This document shows, piece after piece, positions 34,561-63,900 of a stretch of DNA of 64,000 nucleotides. The position numbers and the translations under genes are program-made. The DNA lies in the NCBI GenBank assembly GCA_039096225.1, contig JBBPEB010000004.1:620001-684000 (forward strand). Reading direction: 5' to 3'. Source of the stretch: Blastocystis sp. Blastoise. Its lineage: Eukaryota > Protista > Bigyra: Opalinata. How positions within the stretch are numbered: position 1 is the stretch's first letter; each line of letters begins with the position of its first letter. The notes below the pieces were generated by a model. That model made no database searches. It was not told the DNA's origin and saw only the letters and a list, made by a program, of their open reading frames with translations.

Positions 34561-35992
34561 TGAGGACCCATTGATTACAATACTACAATATTAGTTGATT
34601 ATAAGAAGATCGAAGAAAATATCGATCACTCAAAAATCGTCCTCAGGAGCTCAAAATCGCTACACCTAGGTTTTTGGACCTCCTGAATCAGAATATCATG
34701 TCAAATTGACAATCTAAATTTGACCGTTAAGGCCTCACGTGCTCAATATGAAAAAGTATTAAAAAATAGATAAATATAAAGAATAAACACGGATAACGTA
34801 TATTGTGGGATTGAGAAAAAATCAAGTTTACCCCATGTTTATTTTTCAATTGTCTGGTCAACAATTTTTATCGGGGTCATCCCAAAGAGCCAATCAAAAA
34901 CGACTCAAAAATCATGTTTTCTGTTCTTTTATTAATAACTTTTTAATTATAAACAATATCGCTTATCCAAATATACGGTGCAAAACTACAGGTTATATCG
35001 TATTGAACTGTGTTTCAACCAAAAGTTAACTCCCCGTAAGTTTAGAGGAGTTGCGGCGACAAACTATAGTATATAGTAGCCAATCAAATGGTTTTTCCAA
35101 AAACTGACCAATGGGAATTTTTTTGCCTATTTGCTTTATAATAGTAATGATGTTTTTTACTTTTATTTTAATAACTTCGTCAAAATTTATTATTTTTGCA
35201 AAAAAAAAATTATGAATCGAGTTTAACTAATATAGATGAGTAATAAATAAAATAAATATAAAAAAGACTCTTTTATCAATATAAATTATAAATCACAAAA
35301 GTAAGTATAATGAATAAAAAAGTAAGATAAATATAATTGGATGCACCAAAACACAATTTTTAATGGCTCCACAAAACTGTTTATGTCGAATATTCTTTTT
35401 TCTTAAAAGTCGTTTTTCTCCTTGGATTTTCAGAATTGACCAATCAAATTTTGAGTATCATTTTTTGTCATAAATATCTTGTAAATTACAAAAAATCTTG
35501 CCGTTACAATAAAATGCACCAAAGTTACAGCCATTTGAAATTTTTGAAACGGCTCAGTTAGGCTGCTAAATTAATATATATGATATTATGAATCATGTAT
35601 TTCATATAAACATGCTCTTCAAATACATAATTAAGCTGTACTATCATCGAATGTATTAATCAAGATACAAAATAAAAAGTATCTGAATCTTCTTCAAATT
35701 ATAACTTACGTATGATTCACTTTGTAGTTAAATTGATGTTTACAACTATTGAAACATTTCTGTTGCAAATATACAACTATTTTAAGTTCTTTTATGATCA
35801 GTCAAAAACTTATTTTGATGAATTCACATTAATCTTTTCAGTTTCAAATAATAACTTAATAGAAACTCTATCTATTGCTAATAAATAAGACTATTTATAT
35901 TCATTCATGTTGAAATAGGTACTTTTAATTTTTTTGTGTTTTCAGTAAAAGGTTTATAAACAAGTGGGCTATGATGAAAATTTTTAACAGAA

Positions 35993-36074
35993 GCACGGAT
36001 GTCCGAGTGGTCTAAGGAGCTACGTTAAGGCCGTAGTATGTTCGCATGCGCGGGTTCGAGTCCCGCTTCGTGCA
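35993..36074 (+). tRNA. tRNA-Leu (anticodon AAG)
   Basis: GCACGGA/TTCGTGC-A acceptor stem; CTACG-TTAAGGC-CGTAG anticodon arm; long variable arm; GCGGG-TTCGAGT-CCCGC T-arm; downstream T-run. Confidence 0.96.
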
Positions 36075-36226
36075 TATCTTTTTATTTATTTAGGAATTTG
36101 TCTTTTTTTAAATGTTTTTGCATTAATTGTTAGTTACAACTATTTTTATTATTTAAAGTTGTTTTATGTTATATAAATTGTAATACAAAAGTAATTATGA
36201 AAATATAAATGAATAATTAGACTGTT

Positions 36227-37261
<1,035 letters not shown>

Positions 37262-37894
37262 CTTAAATGAGATATATAAAGTTTTTCTTAATAACCAAAT
37301 AAAGCAAATAAGAAACTAAAGGAAAAAAATCCTATCCTGTTTCTGAAACAATCTTCGTTTCTTCATTTTTATGTCATATTAAATCATTTATAAAGTATTG
37401 AAACAATTTAAATAATATGTAAAATACTTTATTTATATAAATGAAATGATATTTTTATGATGTTATAAATATGATTCGCATGAACATCTTATTGAAAATC
37501 ATAATTCTTTTGTAATTATTGAGAAATAATTATGGTGCGATGTAAGCATATATTAAAAAAAAGAGAAAAGAACATAGCATAAACAAAATAGTAATATAAT
37601 TGCTAATTAGTGAAAATAATTTGATTTAAAAATATCAATACTAACTAAAAAAATATAAGTAACATAGATAGCTATATAATAGGGCAACGAAAGTATAAAA
37701 ATGAATATTCTAATAAAAATAAAATAAATAAAAAAACAAATGGATGAACAACTATAAAAAAGTTATGTAACGAATAAAGAATGAATAATTAGATTTTATC
37801 AAAATAAAATAAAAGTTGAATAGAAGGAATCAGCTATATATTACTATATAATAATATACATATAAGGGATAAAAAATTAAAATAGAAAAAAAAG

Positions 37895-49690
<11,796 letters not shown>

Positions 49691-50064
49691 ATCGATTATT
49701 ATAGTTTTAATGTATTATTTTTATTTTCCTATATAGCGTTACTAAATTCATAGATGATATACTAGTCTAGAATTGTAGAAAATGTATATTTAGAGAATAA
49801 AACGGCGTAAAATACAAATAAAAATTTGTAGATTTTTGAATTGTATTTTGAATAATTTATTTTTTAAAAGGGAAATACTAAAAATATTCGTGAAAAAAGA
49901 AAGATCTTTTTTAAAAATTGTTTTATCAGGTTAGCTTAATTATTCTTGGATTATTGTGTCTGAACGATGGTATATATATCTAAAAGTTGTCATTAACTTA
50001 TACGACTATTAATAAATAAAGAAATCATTCATATTATTCATTAATATAGTCTGAACGCAAATCT

Positions 50065-51708
50065 ATGTCTATCAGACAAAGATTAGTAGAAAATTCGAGT
50101 TCTCCAGCAGTGACTCCGGTGTCTCAAAAGAAAAACTCTCAACGATCAAATGTTTTAAGCTTCTTTTTAATTACATGTATCGTTTGTGATCAACTATACC
50201 TTCGTTTTGCAAGCAATGAGTTTACATATTTCTTCAGCAATCAATTAGGATCCTTTGGAGAAAGCGCGATCACAACAATTTCGACAATCTCACTTCTAGT
50301 TCTTTCTTTATATCCTATTCTTGTATATTTTATGTTGAATAAATATAGAGAAGACATTATACATATTTCATGTTTATGTGGCTATTTTCTTGTGACTTTT
50401 TTGGAATGTTTTACAAATAAGGCATGGCTCTTTATGGTTGAACGAATTCTAGTCACATTATTCATAAGCCCAATATTATTTATTCTCTTTATTCGACTAA
50501 TTGATTCTGTATCAATTTCTATGAAAAGTTCTTCTTTTCTCTTTTTATATTTTGTTCCTCTCTCTTTCTTTTTAAGTATTTTATTTGGTTATTCAATAGG
50601 AGAATATTTCGATTTCCATTGGTACTTCTATTTAGAATGCATACTTATTCTTATTTATTTACTATGGACAATTATGGAAAATCGTAAATTATCAAAAAAT
50701 ATATTAAAAGTCACTAGTTTATCTCCTACAAGTTGTTTTTCAAACTTATTTAATAATAGTCTTCTTCTATACATTATTTTTGGATCTATATTTTTATTGG
50801 CTTATATTATGAGTATATCTAATTATTTAGCTACATTCCTTCATAATTCATTTGAAAGTTGTAATCAATATTGTGCATCTTCTATTTTCCCTGTTGTTAT
50901 TATTCTTTCAAGTATTGTAGGTATGTTTAATTATTATTATATTGATTATTATTTTATTATTATTTTATTATTATTGTATTATTATTTTATTATTATTTTA
51001 TTATTATTATAATATATATATTATTAATATATATATTTCTATTGTATATAATTCAAAATAACATTTAATTTATTAATTCTTGATATTAATATAGGTATTC
51101 CTTTAGGAGTAACAATATGTAAAAAGAAACACAGTTCCTCTTCTACTTCTCTTCCTTTTATTGTTTTTATAGAATTATTCTTGATTATATCATTTATTTG
51201 TGGTATTTTAATTCTATTAGTCTATTTGAGAATCTCTGTATTAATCTTAATATTTATTCAATTCGTATGCTTATTTAGTATAATACCTATTTTACTATAC
51301 CTTTTCTCATATATATTAACAGAATCTACAAAAATATTTTATTCATTAATTTATTATGTTTCTATAATTTTACTTGGAGCACTTCTTTTACCTTCTATTT
51401 ATTCATTATGTCAATATTATATACTTCAAATACATACATATACTACGACTGGACCTTATTATATTACTTTTGGAATCATTCAAACTCTTCTAGTCTTCTC
51501 TGTATATATATTCAATTATTCGTATACTTATTTATTTTGTTATTCTTATATATTTAAATATATATATATATATATAGATGCTTCTTTGGTTATTTGCTAT
51601 TGTATTAGTAAAATTATCTCAAAAAGAACGAACTCCTACTGAAACTGATGATACTATTGATATTAGTTTAGATACTATTATTAAAGGACAATATCAAAGA
51701 ACATAATT
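50065..51708 (+). CDS. Polytopic membrane protein, probable MFS-type transporter (3 exons)
   Basis: Roughly 12 hydrophobic segments in two halves across ORFs 50065.. and 51181..; GT-AG introns near 50921-51093 and ~51502-51577. Confidence 0.65.
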
Positions 51709-52058
51709 AATTATATATCTATAATCATTTTTCTTATTTGTAACTTTTCTATTTTTCTTTTTTCCATAATCACAGCTATGAAAGTATTTTCTGAACATCT
51801 TTTTGTATCACCTTTTTATAGGCAGTTTTTTTTTATATACACAAAAAAAACATTCTTTATTCTTAATAATTTGTGGTTTTCTAAAATGATTGATTTGAGG
51901 ACTTTCTTCATTAATGGAAAAAGTATAAATTGTAATAAATAAATAAATGTAATAAAATTAATAAAAAAAAATACAATTAAAAAATAAAAATAGAAAAATT
52001 TAAAAAAATTTCCTTGATTTTTATGATTTTCCAAAAGTTGATTTTTATTGATTTTAAT

Positions 52059-53119
52059 ATGGAGGAGTCTGAAGATAGATATATATGCGACAAATGCTTA
52101 AGATGGGTGAAATACACTGATATGACAGAGGAAGATGCCAAAAAGATTCATGATCGTCATTGTGAGCCAATGCCATTAACGAAGAAGTTATCTATTAATG
52201 ACAAATCAGATGCGGATCCTCTTGATGAAATTGATCCTGAATATCAAATAGTATTTCTTATTTTTATTATTTATATATCTATCACGTATATCTGAAATAT
52301 CAAACTATATCTATGATCATTGAAAATGAAATATCGTATTGTTTTTATTTATTTAGATTGCTCTTAGCGATTACATGCAGAGTGATGAGTATAGGGATAG
52401 TCAGAAATGGGATCCAAACGTATTTGAATTAAAAATAACATTTTTTTAAATATATATTTAATAAATCGTTTTACGGACATTTTTTTATTTCTCAAATACA
52501 ATTCATTTATATATATATACATAGGGAGAATGGTGTCGATATTGTGGTGCCAAGAAAGCAAGTGGATGGTATAAAGGTCCTTGGGGTCCTAAAACATTAT
52601 GTACAGTTCATTATGTTCAATGGAAACAGAGAAAAACATTATCTTTAGATAAAGTATATATATATATATTCAATAAAAAATCGATTCTTTATATAATATA
52701 TTTTTTCAAATCTATCTATTTATTTGTTATATTTGTTTTATAGTGTAATGTTAATACAGATAAACCTATCAATATTGCTGCAAATAGCGAATCAGGGTAT
52801 TTTAATATTATGATATATATTACTTTTATTAAATATTATGATATATATATTACTTTTATTAAATATTATGATATATATACTTTTATTTAAATATTATGAT
52901 ATGTTTATATATAGATACTTAGAAAGAATGGCTCATAAACATAGTTCTTATGCACTTTCACCAACATCTTCTTCTTCATCGAAATTACAATCAAATCTTC
53001 CGAATAAACGACAAAGTATATTTTTTTATTTGTAAATATTATTTTCTTATAATAATTATTATATATAAAATATAGCAATCAATCCTGATCTTGCATCGAA
53101 ACAACGTAAATTATTATAA
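52059..53119 (+). CDS. Small zinc-finger protein with a GATA-like C-x2-C-x18-C-x2-H finger (multi-exon)
   Basis: Exon at ~52524-52653 reads WCRYCGAKKASGWYKGPWGPKTLCTVHYVQW; N-terminal CDKC...HDRHC. Confidence 0.7.
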
Positions 53120-53699
53120 TAATATTTAAAGAATTTGTTATAGTATAAAAAGAGTATATATGTTTTAATAATTCTTTTGTTTACTTTCAGTTTTCCGATG
53201 ACTTTAAAAATTTATTTATAAACAAGAAAGCTATGTAGTCTTGATATATTTTTCCATATCTGGAAACACTCTATAAAACAATGAGATTTAATTGGGGCGT
53301 CATTTAACGATGATGTTGATATGATTAACATATTGAAGATCATAAATATGTACAACACTATTATAAACGTTTTTTGTATCGAATAGGAGAACTATTAGTT
53401 CAACAAAAAAAATATTCGTCAAATTCTTTTTCAAAGATAAAGATATTCATAAATGTTTCTTATAAGTACATAAAATAAAAAAAATTCATCCAAGATAAGA
53501 ATGTTACTGACGTATAACAAATCGAAAAAACATATAATATAAAAAAAAACTACAACAAGAAAGAACCACGAGAATTCATTTTTATAGACTAAAAATACTA
53601 TTATTTCCAGTATTTTAAAAGTAAGCAATCATAAATTTGATCTCCATTATATTCATTTACTCAATGGTAATCGTTGAAATTAATTTTTTGAACAATCCT

Positions 53700-56600
53700 G
53701 GATATCGAGTATATTATGATTCAATCGAGAATCTGGATCAAACTACTGTACAATCCATGATCGACACATTTTTTGTATCAATTCTTGTATTTCACATTAT
53801 GGATATACTTTAAATAGGATTTTACAAATGTGAAAATCGAAATAAGTCAGTATCTACAATTAAATAATAAACAGCAAAAGATTCACAAAGTAAAATGCTC
53901 TCAAATACTGAAACCAAATGAATCATACTCTATTATCCAATTAGAATCTCCTGTGATAAGTATAGGATTATGTAAATCAATTCTTAATTTGAAAGACGCA
54001 ATTCCAATTTCTAAACAGTCATTTCCTATAGTATATAAGTATTCTATTTTAATATCTATTTATATATAGCTTGCCGAACTAGGTTTAGATACTGAATATG
54101 CTACATATATGTTTCTATTCACTTTTTTTGATTCTGAAAGTCATAACGATCCTGTGAATCCTTCTCTTGGTCAACATTTTGTGTTCATTCAATTTCTTGT
54201 AATTATATATATTTTAACTAGTATAAATTTACATTAAATATATATTTATATATAGTCAGAAGAAGACTCAGATTATCCTCAATTACCTAAAGCTTCTGGT
54301 ATATTCTTATTCTTCTAAAAAAATTCCTTTTTTTTAGAATCTATAGTTTTTATTAATTTATATTTATATATTTATATATATATTTATTTATAGATGTTTT
54401 TCAATGTTTTTATGAGCATTCAGATTCATTAAAATCCAATCAAAGCCTTAGTAATAAAGATATTCCATCATGTAGCAGTCCTTCAAATAGTGTGGATACT
54501 TCAATATCCAATAATAATTTAAATAGTGATATTTCAACAATAAGTAATAATGATAATATCAATAATAATATACTCTTGTCTTCTAACACTTCTATACCAC
54601 AGATTTCAAGATTTAAAATAGTAAATCCATCTCCACCTACTTGTATAAATAATGATTTAGATTTATCGAAATGTTCTTCTGAAACAAGTGATAGTTGTGG
54701 AAATAATTCTATTAATTTACAATATACATATTTATTAACACAAAGTAATGATTCAAAATATGATATTGTAAGTGAAGAATCTTGCAGTTACTCTGATGAT
54801 TCCAAAACATTTACACAAGCAATTTCTATACCCTTAGATTCATCACAAACTATGAGTGAATCTAAAATAATAGAATATAGTTCTCCTATACATAATAATA
54901 AGAAAAATATATTAATTTCTTATGATAGTTTTATCACGAGTGGTTATCCAAATAATTCTTCGTCTAGTGATAGTGTTACTACTATTAACAATAATAATGA
55001 TGTTTCATGTATAAAAACAAGTCAAATTCCACCTCCTATCTATTCACCACTTTGTGGTGATAATAATAAAGATAATAAAGATAATATAGATAAAGAATCT
55101 TGTATGATACCTCCAATTGGATTATTACCAAATCAAAATCTATGTACAAATAATGATTCACTTTATAATGACTCTATAACCTATTCAACTTCTAGCAAAA
55201 CTATTAATGACTATCATTATATAAGTTCTATGGATTCAACTCCTTTAATACCTATTATAATTCCAATTTCTACATCAAATAACATGTCTTCAAGCAATGT
55301 TTATAATATAGAAGATTCATCATCAACAAAGATTTCCCTTTCACAAGACATGATTTCTTTAAATTCATTTTCTTCAAATTCATTTTCAAATAAATATGAT
55401 GTTTCGAATTATAATACTGTTGATAATAATAGTAAAATTTTAAATAATCATGATAACAAAGAAATTTTTTATGATAATAAAAATCAAAACATAGAAGTTG
55501 ATGATAATAATGAGAATAATATTCTTGAATCGTCTTTTATAAATGATAGAAATCAAGTAAATACGTGTGGAATAAATGATGATGCATCGTATGTATATAT
55601 TAATAAGATAACAAATAATGATAGCATACCAATATTTATTGATAAGCTACCTATAGGTAATAATAATATATCACTTATAGGTTATAATAATAATATGCCT
55701 CCTATAGGTTATATTAATAAGCCACCTATATGTAATAATAATAATATGCCACCTATATGTAATAATATTAATATTCCACCTATATGTAATAATAATAATA
55801 TGCCACCTATATGTAATAATATTAATATTCCACCTATAGGTTATAATAATAATATGCCACCTATAGGTTATAATATTCCACCTATAGGTAATAATAATAA
55901 TATGCCACCTATAGGTAATAATAATAATATTCCACCTATAGGTTATAATATGCCTCCTATAGGTAATAATAATAATATTCCTCCTATAGGTAATAATAAT
56001 AATAAGCCACCTATAGGTTATATTAATAATATGCCTCCTATAGGTAATAATAATAATATACCTCCTATAGGTAATAATAATAATATTCCACCTATAGGTT
56101 ATAATATTAATATTCCTCCTATAAGTAATAATATTCCTCCTATAGGTAATAATACTCCACCTTTAGATAATAATACTCCACCTTTAGGTAATAATATGCC
56201 GCCTATAGATAGATGCTTTTCCGATGATAGTCGATCTACTTCTTCTTTTTTTTTTTCTTCTTCCCCTTTAAGTTTAAATACAAGTTCATTATCTCAAGAT
56301 TCAAGTGATGCATGTATATATCTATATTAATCTTATTATATCAGTATTTATAATATAAAATTATAATTTCTTTGAGTAGTATCTTCTACGATATTAGAGA
56401 ACAAAGAGGAAATTATATATTTACAGCCAGAATCAAATGTATAATTTTTATTTAATTTAAAATAGATATTGCGTATTTTATGAATATAATATATTTAGAA
56501 TTCAAACTATATTCAAATTACAGATATGAATACATTGAGAACCGATTATATAGATATATCAAGAATAAATAATAAAAAAGAAACTATAGACGGTCTTATT

Positions 56601-57420
56601 ACGCGAATTTCGAGTATGAGTAATTCTAATATAACAGATAAAGTCAATAAAAACAGTAATAAGGAATATGAGAATGTATATATTATTTATTATATATCTG
56701 TTTATTATATTGTTTATATTCTTCTTTATAGACAAAAAAGCATTACCTTTTTCTATATGGGTCTTATAGAAGTTATTCATGTAGTTATTTGATAAAAATT
56801 GAATTACTTCAACATTATAAGCCTTATTTTAATGGAAATATAAACATAAAATTATTTAGCTTTGATTATTTATTTGAAGAGGTATAATTAGCCTATCTTT
56901 TAACATTAATTATTATTTATTCTATAGACTAATGATATAGCATGTATTATGAATAAGAATCTACAGAATAGTATATATATATAAACTCTGTAATTAATTT
57001 TAAATTAATAATGTTTTTAGTTAACATTGATTTATCAGGAAGTAAATATGTTAATCAGCAAATTGAAATTATATCTGAACAAATTTCTATTAGAGTTAAA
57101 CGTATTTTTATATTTCTATTTATACTAAATGCTATTATATGTTATTAATCATATATATATAATATAGGTTTTCCATTTTCTTTATCAGATTGTTGTAAAA
57201 ATAAAATTCAATACAAAAATTTACATACAATCTTAATCAATAGTATATATATATTATGAATAGTATTCTATATAATAATATATATTCTTTATTATAATAT
57301 TATTAAATGTCACATTAGAATTATCCAAAAATCAGAGTGAGCATGGAAGTACTTGTATATTAACATTTCAAAAACATAATGGGTCAACACATCTTTGCTA
57401 TGATACTATAGATTATAATC

Positions 57421-57462
<42 letters not shown>

Positions 57463-57902
57463 ATATGTATTAATGTATTTTATTATTTTTTTTATTTTTT
57501 TTAATATATAGAGCAAATAGAAAATCAATCAGAAGATATTATAAATTTAAAAACACTTCTTGCTAATGATTCTTTTTCAACAATATTTCCTGATATATCA
57601 TTAATTAAAATTCTTTCTATTGATACATTTCTGGGTCATTATGATAATAATAAATTTAATCAAGAAATATCTTATATACTTCATAAGTTTGAATGGAAAA
57701 AAAAGAAACAAAATCTATTATCTATTGAATTAGTAAATATATTATTATATTATATACTATTATATATAGTGTACAAATAATGATAAAATAATAAAAATAA
57801 CTTCTAATAATCAAAAATATACCGATGATACGATGTATAATTATTATAAAGAATCAAAAAACCGTATGTTTATGTCTAGTTATCTATTCATATAAATTTC
57901 TA

Positions 57903-57964
<62 letters not shown>

Positions 57965-60900
57965 ATGTATATAGATACACTTCCCTATGAATGGAACCAA
58001 CGTATTCCTCTTTCTGATAATATAATATATCCACAAAATATAACATCAACAAATAATTTCTCTTATTTAATAAATCCAATTGATAAAACAATTGTAGATT
58101 GTATAGCTATAAAGGATCTATATATAATACATGAAAGAAACAATATAAAACAGAAAGGTTTATTGTCGACATTATTATATGGATTTGAATCCATAGATAT
58201 TAATCAAAATCATATTCATTTCAGTACTGGGTTAAATCCAAATGATATTGAGTTTTATTTACCATTATATTCTAATCAAAGTAACTTTAATTTATTTAAA
58301 GATACGTTATATATTTATTGTATTGATTTAACAAAGAATATATATACTTCACAAATAAATACAACCTATTCAAAACGTATTCTTATTCAAATAAAAAGAG
58401 ATATTATGAGTAATGCAAATAAAGTATTCGATCTTCTTTTCTATTGTGATACTCCTTATTGTATTGTTCATTCATTTCAAGAACGATTAATTTATGCAAT
58501 AAATACTATAGAACAACATGAAATACTACCTTACAAAGTAATACATTTTAATTCTTCTTCTACTTCTATTCAATATATACATACGGATGAATCAAATAAA
58601 CGTTATAAATGTGTACAAAAATGTATAGAAAATAATATACCTCTTCTTTTACAAGGAAGTACTTCTATGGGAAAATCATATATTGCTGAACAAGTATGTA
58701 AAGATTTATGTTTACCTTATATTCGATTTACTTGTAGTCCTCATACTACTATAGAACAATTATGGGGTGATATTATATCTATTAAAGAAAATGATCAAAT
58801 TTCATTTAAATATAAAAAAGGAGTTTTTTCGGAAGCATTTAAAAAAGGATATGTACTTATTTTAGATGAGTTTTCGTTATTAGATAATAGTATTATAGAG
58901 TCTATAATTTCTACTATTGAATCAAAACAATTATTATTATTTACTAAAGAAGATCATTATCAATCAATTCTTATTAATGATTCTTTTCGTATTATAGCTA
59001 CACAGAATCCTTCTGGTATTCAATATAAACGAAATAATAATTTAAATATAAAAATGGATTTCTTTTATCAGCCTTCTCAGCAATTCTTTCCTCCTATTAC
59101 AGAACATGAATTAAAAGAAATGATGATTATTTTAATGAATAATATATTTAATGAACAAATGAAACGATATGTTATTGATTTAGTATTTAAAAATGAATCA
59201 TTCTTCTCACTTCGTGATATTCAACGATTTATTTATATATATAAATATTTATGTAATACATATAAGTATTCAGATATATGTGATTATGTATATAAAATAG
59301 TATTCAAATCAAATTCATCATTAGATATAAATTCAAATATTTATCCAAAGTATATTAAATATCCTATGTATAAGACATTATTTCAAACACTATATACAAA
59401 ATTAACAATTTCATTAAATACTGGTTATAATGTATTAATAGTTGCTAATGATGAGTTTATTGTTTCTCAATATTTATATACATATTTTAAATCAATTGAA
59501 ACTTCTCAATTACCAACTATTCAATTCCCTTTCTATACATTTTATTGTTCAAAATCAATCTCTTCAGAAACATTTATGGGTTCTTATATATATAATACAA
59601 AAGCAAAAACATTAAATTGGGAAGATTCAGAATTAATTAAAGCTTGTGAAAATGGATCTATATGTATATTGAGAAATATTGGATATATGGCAAGTAATGT
59701 TATTGAAAGTTTAAATTATTTTTTTGAACTTACTCATATAGATAATACTATATATAAATATCGTTGTGATCAACGTAGAAATAAAAATACACCATCAACT
59801 TCAGATGATGATCTATATATCAATATTCTTCCTGGATTTCGTATTATTGGAACATTATCACGTGATGATTATATATCTTTAAGTCCTGCTTTAAAGAATC
59901 GATTTATACTAATTGATTTAGATGAATCTACACTTAAGGAAAATGAAACTTTTATTCCTTATACTAATACTGATACTATAATTGATTTAGATATCGATAA
60001 TGCAGACGATATTCTAAATATTGGTCTTTCTTTATGTGATATTCCTAATTGTCAAGATTGTATATCTATAAATAAACAGAATTTTATTGATTTAATTAAT
60101 ACAGAGAATGATTCATGGAAACAATATTCTTTATGCTTGTTTTATCGTTATATTCATTCTTTAACTATAAAGAAAGAGATAAAAGAATATTATTTATATG
60201 AATTCTATAAACAATCAAGTACGAGTATTCTTAATGAAGTTAATACTAATCAGTTAAAGTATACTATACCCTCATTACCTGATACTAATAAAGATTTAGT
60301 AAATTATTATATTCAATTCATTGAGTCTTTTAGTAACTCTAGAGTTATGAGTCTAGAAGGGCCATCTTCTTCAGGAAAAACATATTTAATTCGTCATTTT
60401 ATCAATGATTTCTTTAACTCAACAAAAATAAAAGTATTATATATTTATGAAGATATGGATATAAGTCAATTACTTGGTTCATTCATATTAAATAATGATG
60501 AAAATGAAAATAATAAAGATTATCCTATACATAAAAATGATGAAAATAAAGATTTAGATTATTATAATGGACCTATACTTGATGCTATGATTCATGGTGA
60601 TACAGTAATACTAGAAAATGCCCAATTTCTTTCAGAAGAAAATTTACAAATATTATTAAATCTAATTGACCCATTAAAACCATTACCTTTTACATATTTA
60701 GGTAATAGTATTAATATAAATAATTCGTTTCATCTTATACTTGTTCGTACTACATATATAGAAAAACCAAACGCTATAAAATTAACAAGTTATATAAAAA
60801 TAACTTCACTACCTGAACGATATTCTTTAGAAGATCAAATATATGAAGATAGTAGTATTTCTATACTCCATAAATTTTATAAGAATAATATTATACCTTT

Positions 60901-63900
60901 TTCTCATATAAAAATATATAAACAATTATACTCAATTGCTTTTAAACAATCTTCATCTCTATTAAGTATCAATAATGAAAAGGATTCTTTTGATAGCCTT
61001 CTATATATAAATCTTTGTTCATTACTGTATCTATATCAGCCTTATTCAGTTCTAAATGAATATTCACCCTTTCTAAAGTCGATAGTACAAATATATAAAG
61101 AAATGAATCCAAAAGAAGTGGATAATTCTATAAATATTCGATCTCATCTAAATGCATTCCATGAAGAAACTATTTCTCTTCAATATAAACAAGAAATTAA
61201 TACTATGATACTTACAAAGATGACTATATCTTTAGAGCTCAAAGAATCAAATACAAATATATATTTAAAGAGTATTTATTATTATCTTATTAACAAGAAA
61301 GATGAATATGACACTATTCCTCAATGGATATTATCATTTTGTCTTTCATTTGGATTATTATATTCTTGTGACCCAATACCATTATTTCTTATTTCTGGTC
61401 CAAATTATAAAGACGATTTTATTAATCAGTTAGTATTCTATCAAAATAAATTGAATAAGAATTATTCTTTAGAGAACTCTCCTTTATATTCTTTGATCGA
61501 ATTAAATAATTCTTATGAAGTAGATATATTATTTGGAATGAATCAGCCAATAACAAATGATTCATTAAAAGAAATACCTCTTCTTTATGAAAAAGAGATT
61601 AATGATTATATGCAACACCAAAATACTGATAATTCCTTAATCGATACTAATAAAGAATGGATTCATGATTTAATAGATCTAATCAATCATAATAATAGTG
61701 ATTATAAACATAATCAAATGAATATATGTTTTATTCCTGGCTATATTATACAAGATATAATACAGAATAAGAACATTTATATAAAAAATATTGATGATGT
61801 AAACTCTAACGTATATAATCGTTTGATGTCTCTTATAGAAAGCTATTATTTAAATGATAATATTTGTATTCATGAGTCTATTAAAAATTATTCTTTTTCA
61901 GTGAATCACATACATATGATTTTCTCAGTTAATAGTATAAATTCTATATATAATAATATGAATAAATATTTATTTTATATTCCATGCCTTGAGAAAACTC
62001 AATCTGAATTAATAGAGGAGTATTCTATGCTTCTTAAAGATTCTATTGGTGAAGATATACAAAATAAAAAATTATTGAAATGTATTTATTTTGATTCATT
62101 ATATAAGATACAACAAATAAGTGATTTTCAACATTATTTTATAAATAATAGTTTTTATATGTCGTATATGTTTATACATTATTTAAGTTTAAATAGAAAT
62201 CAACGTTTTGAACATAATTATAATGGTGTCGCTATTGATAATAATATATATGAATTATTTCATCCAAATAATATATTGAATCAAAATAATATTCAAGAAA
62301 TACTTAAGAATACTATTAGTACAAAGATGATTCAGTCTCTTTTATCTTTTTTAAGTTCTTGTCAATTGTCTACAGATAATGAAAGAAGTAATATACAGAA
62401 TTCAGTTAATTTTTTTATATCACCAACAACATATAGAATATGTTTATTATATTTATTATCATTTTCATTATTACATCCATATCCTCTTTTATTAGAAGGT
62501 GATCCAGGAATAGGTAAAACATTCCTCTCTGAAAATTATTTTAAATATTTACATATTCCTTATGTTAGAGTATCTTTCTCATCTTCATCTGAATTATCAA
62601 CATTATTTGGAAATTATTCTATAGATAAAGATACAAATGAAATTATATTTCAATTGAATGATTTAGGTCTGTTATTAGTATTAAATGATCAAAGAGAAAA
62701 GTTTCTTGAAAATGAAACTGATGAATCATATATATTTAATAAAAATTCATTAATTAATAAATTAAATAGATATATGAATTCTACATATAATAAATATAAT
62801 AAGCAATTAACAATTGGTATTTTATTTGATGAAGTCAATCTAGCTAATGTTCATATATTAACAACATTATCTTCTTTGTTAGATTGTAGTGTTCATGGAA
62901 AACCATTCTTTATACCTGGATATAATAAATTAATAAAATTACCTCAATTATATATTATTCTTACCCAAAATCCATCTATATTAACAAGTGGACGAAATAT
63001 TCTTCCAAATTCTATTGTTGAGAATTGTTTATATTATAAAGATATATATTATTCAGATGAGGAATTAGTATATATATCAAAAGAATTATTAAAGAAGTCA
63101 ACGAATCAACATCATTTAAGAAAAACGCATTATTGTATTACTATTCGAAATTATAAAAGTATATTATCTGAAGATTTAGTGAAACAAGTTATCTTATTAG
63201 CTATTCAAATATCTAAAAAACGAAATATTTCATTTTCTCTTCGAGATATTATAAAAGCAAATCAATTAATCCAGAAAGCACTTTTAAATCCTTATCTTGC
63301 AATTTACATAGCTATTGTAAGTAAATATTCTATTGAAGAACAAAAACAATTTTTATTATTATTATATAAACAAGAAACAAATCCTCTTGTATTTCAAGAT
63401 TCTTCAGGAAAGATTTATTCGTATAACAATCAAATGAATAATAATATTAATAATAATAATAATGTGATTAATAATGTGGCTAATAATAGTATTAATAATA
63501 ATATTAATATTAATAATAATCATGAGAATAATAATAATAATAATAATATAAATAATAATAGTGATAATATAAATAACAATAATATTTTTGATTCGTCTAT
63601 TTCCCAGAATTCTGAATATATAATTGTAGATGATTTTCAAAATTATATTTCATCTTTATTACCTAATGAATATGATTTATTTTCAAAATTAGAAATTAGT
63701 TATTCCATTAATAAGCCAATATTATTATATGGTCCTTCACCTTCAGGTAAAAATTATACTTTACGTTTATTTTCTGAATTTAAGCAAATGAATAATAAAA
63801 TTTATTATATATCTATCAATAATGACATGAATATGGATATATATATTGGTCATAAAGAAATATCATTTAATAATAATACTAAAAATGTTGAACCTGTCTT

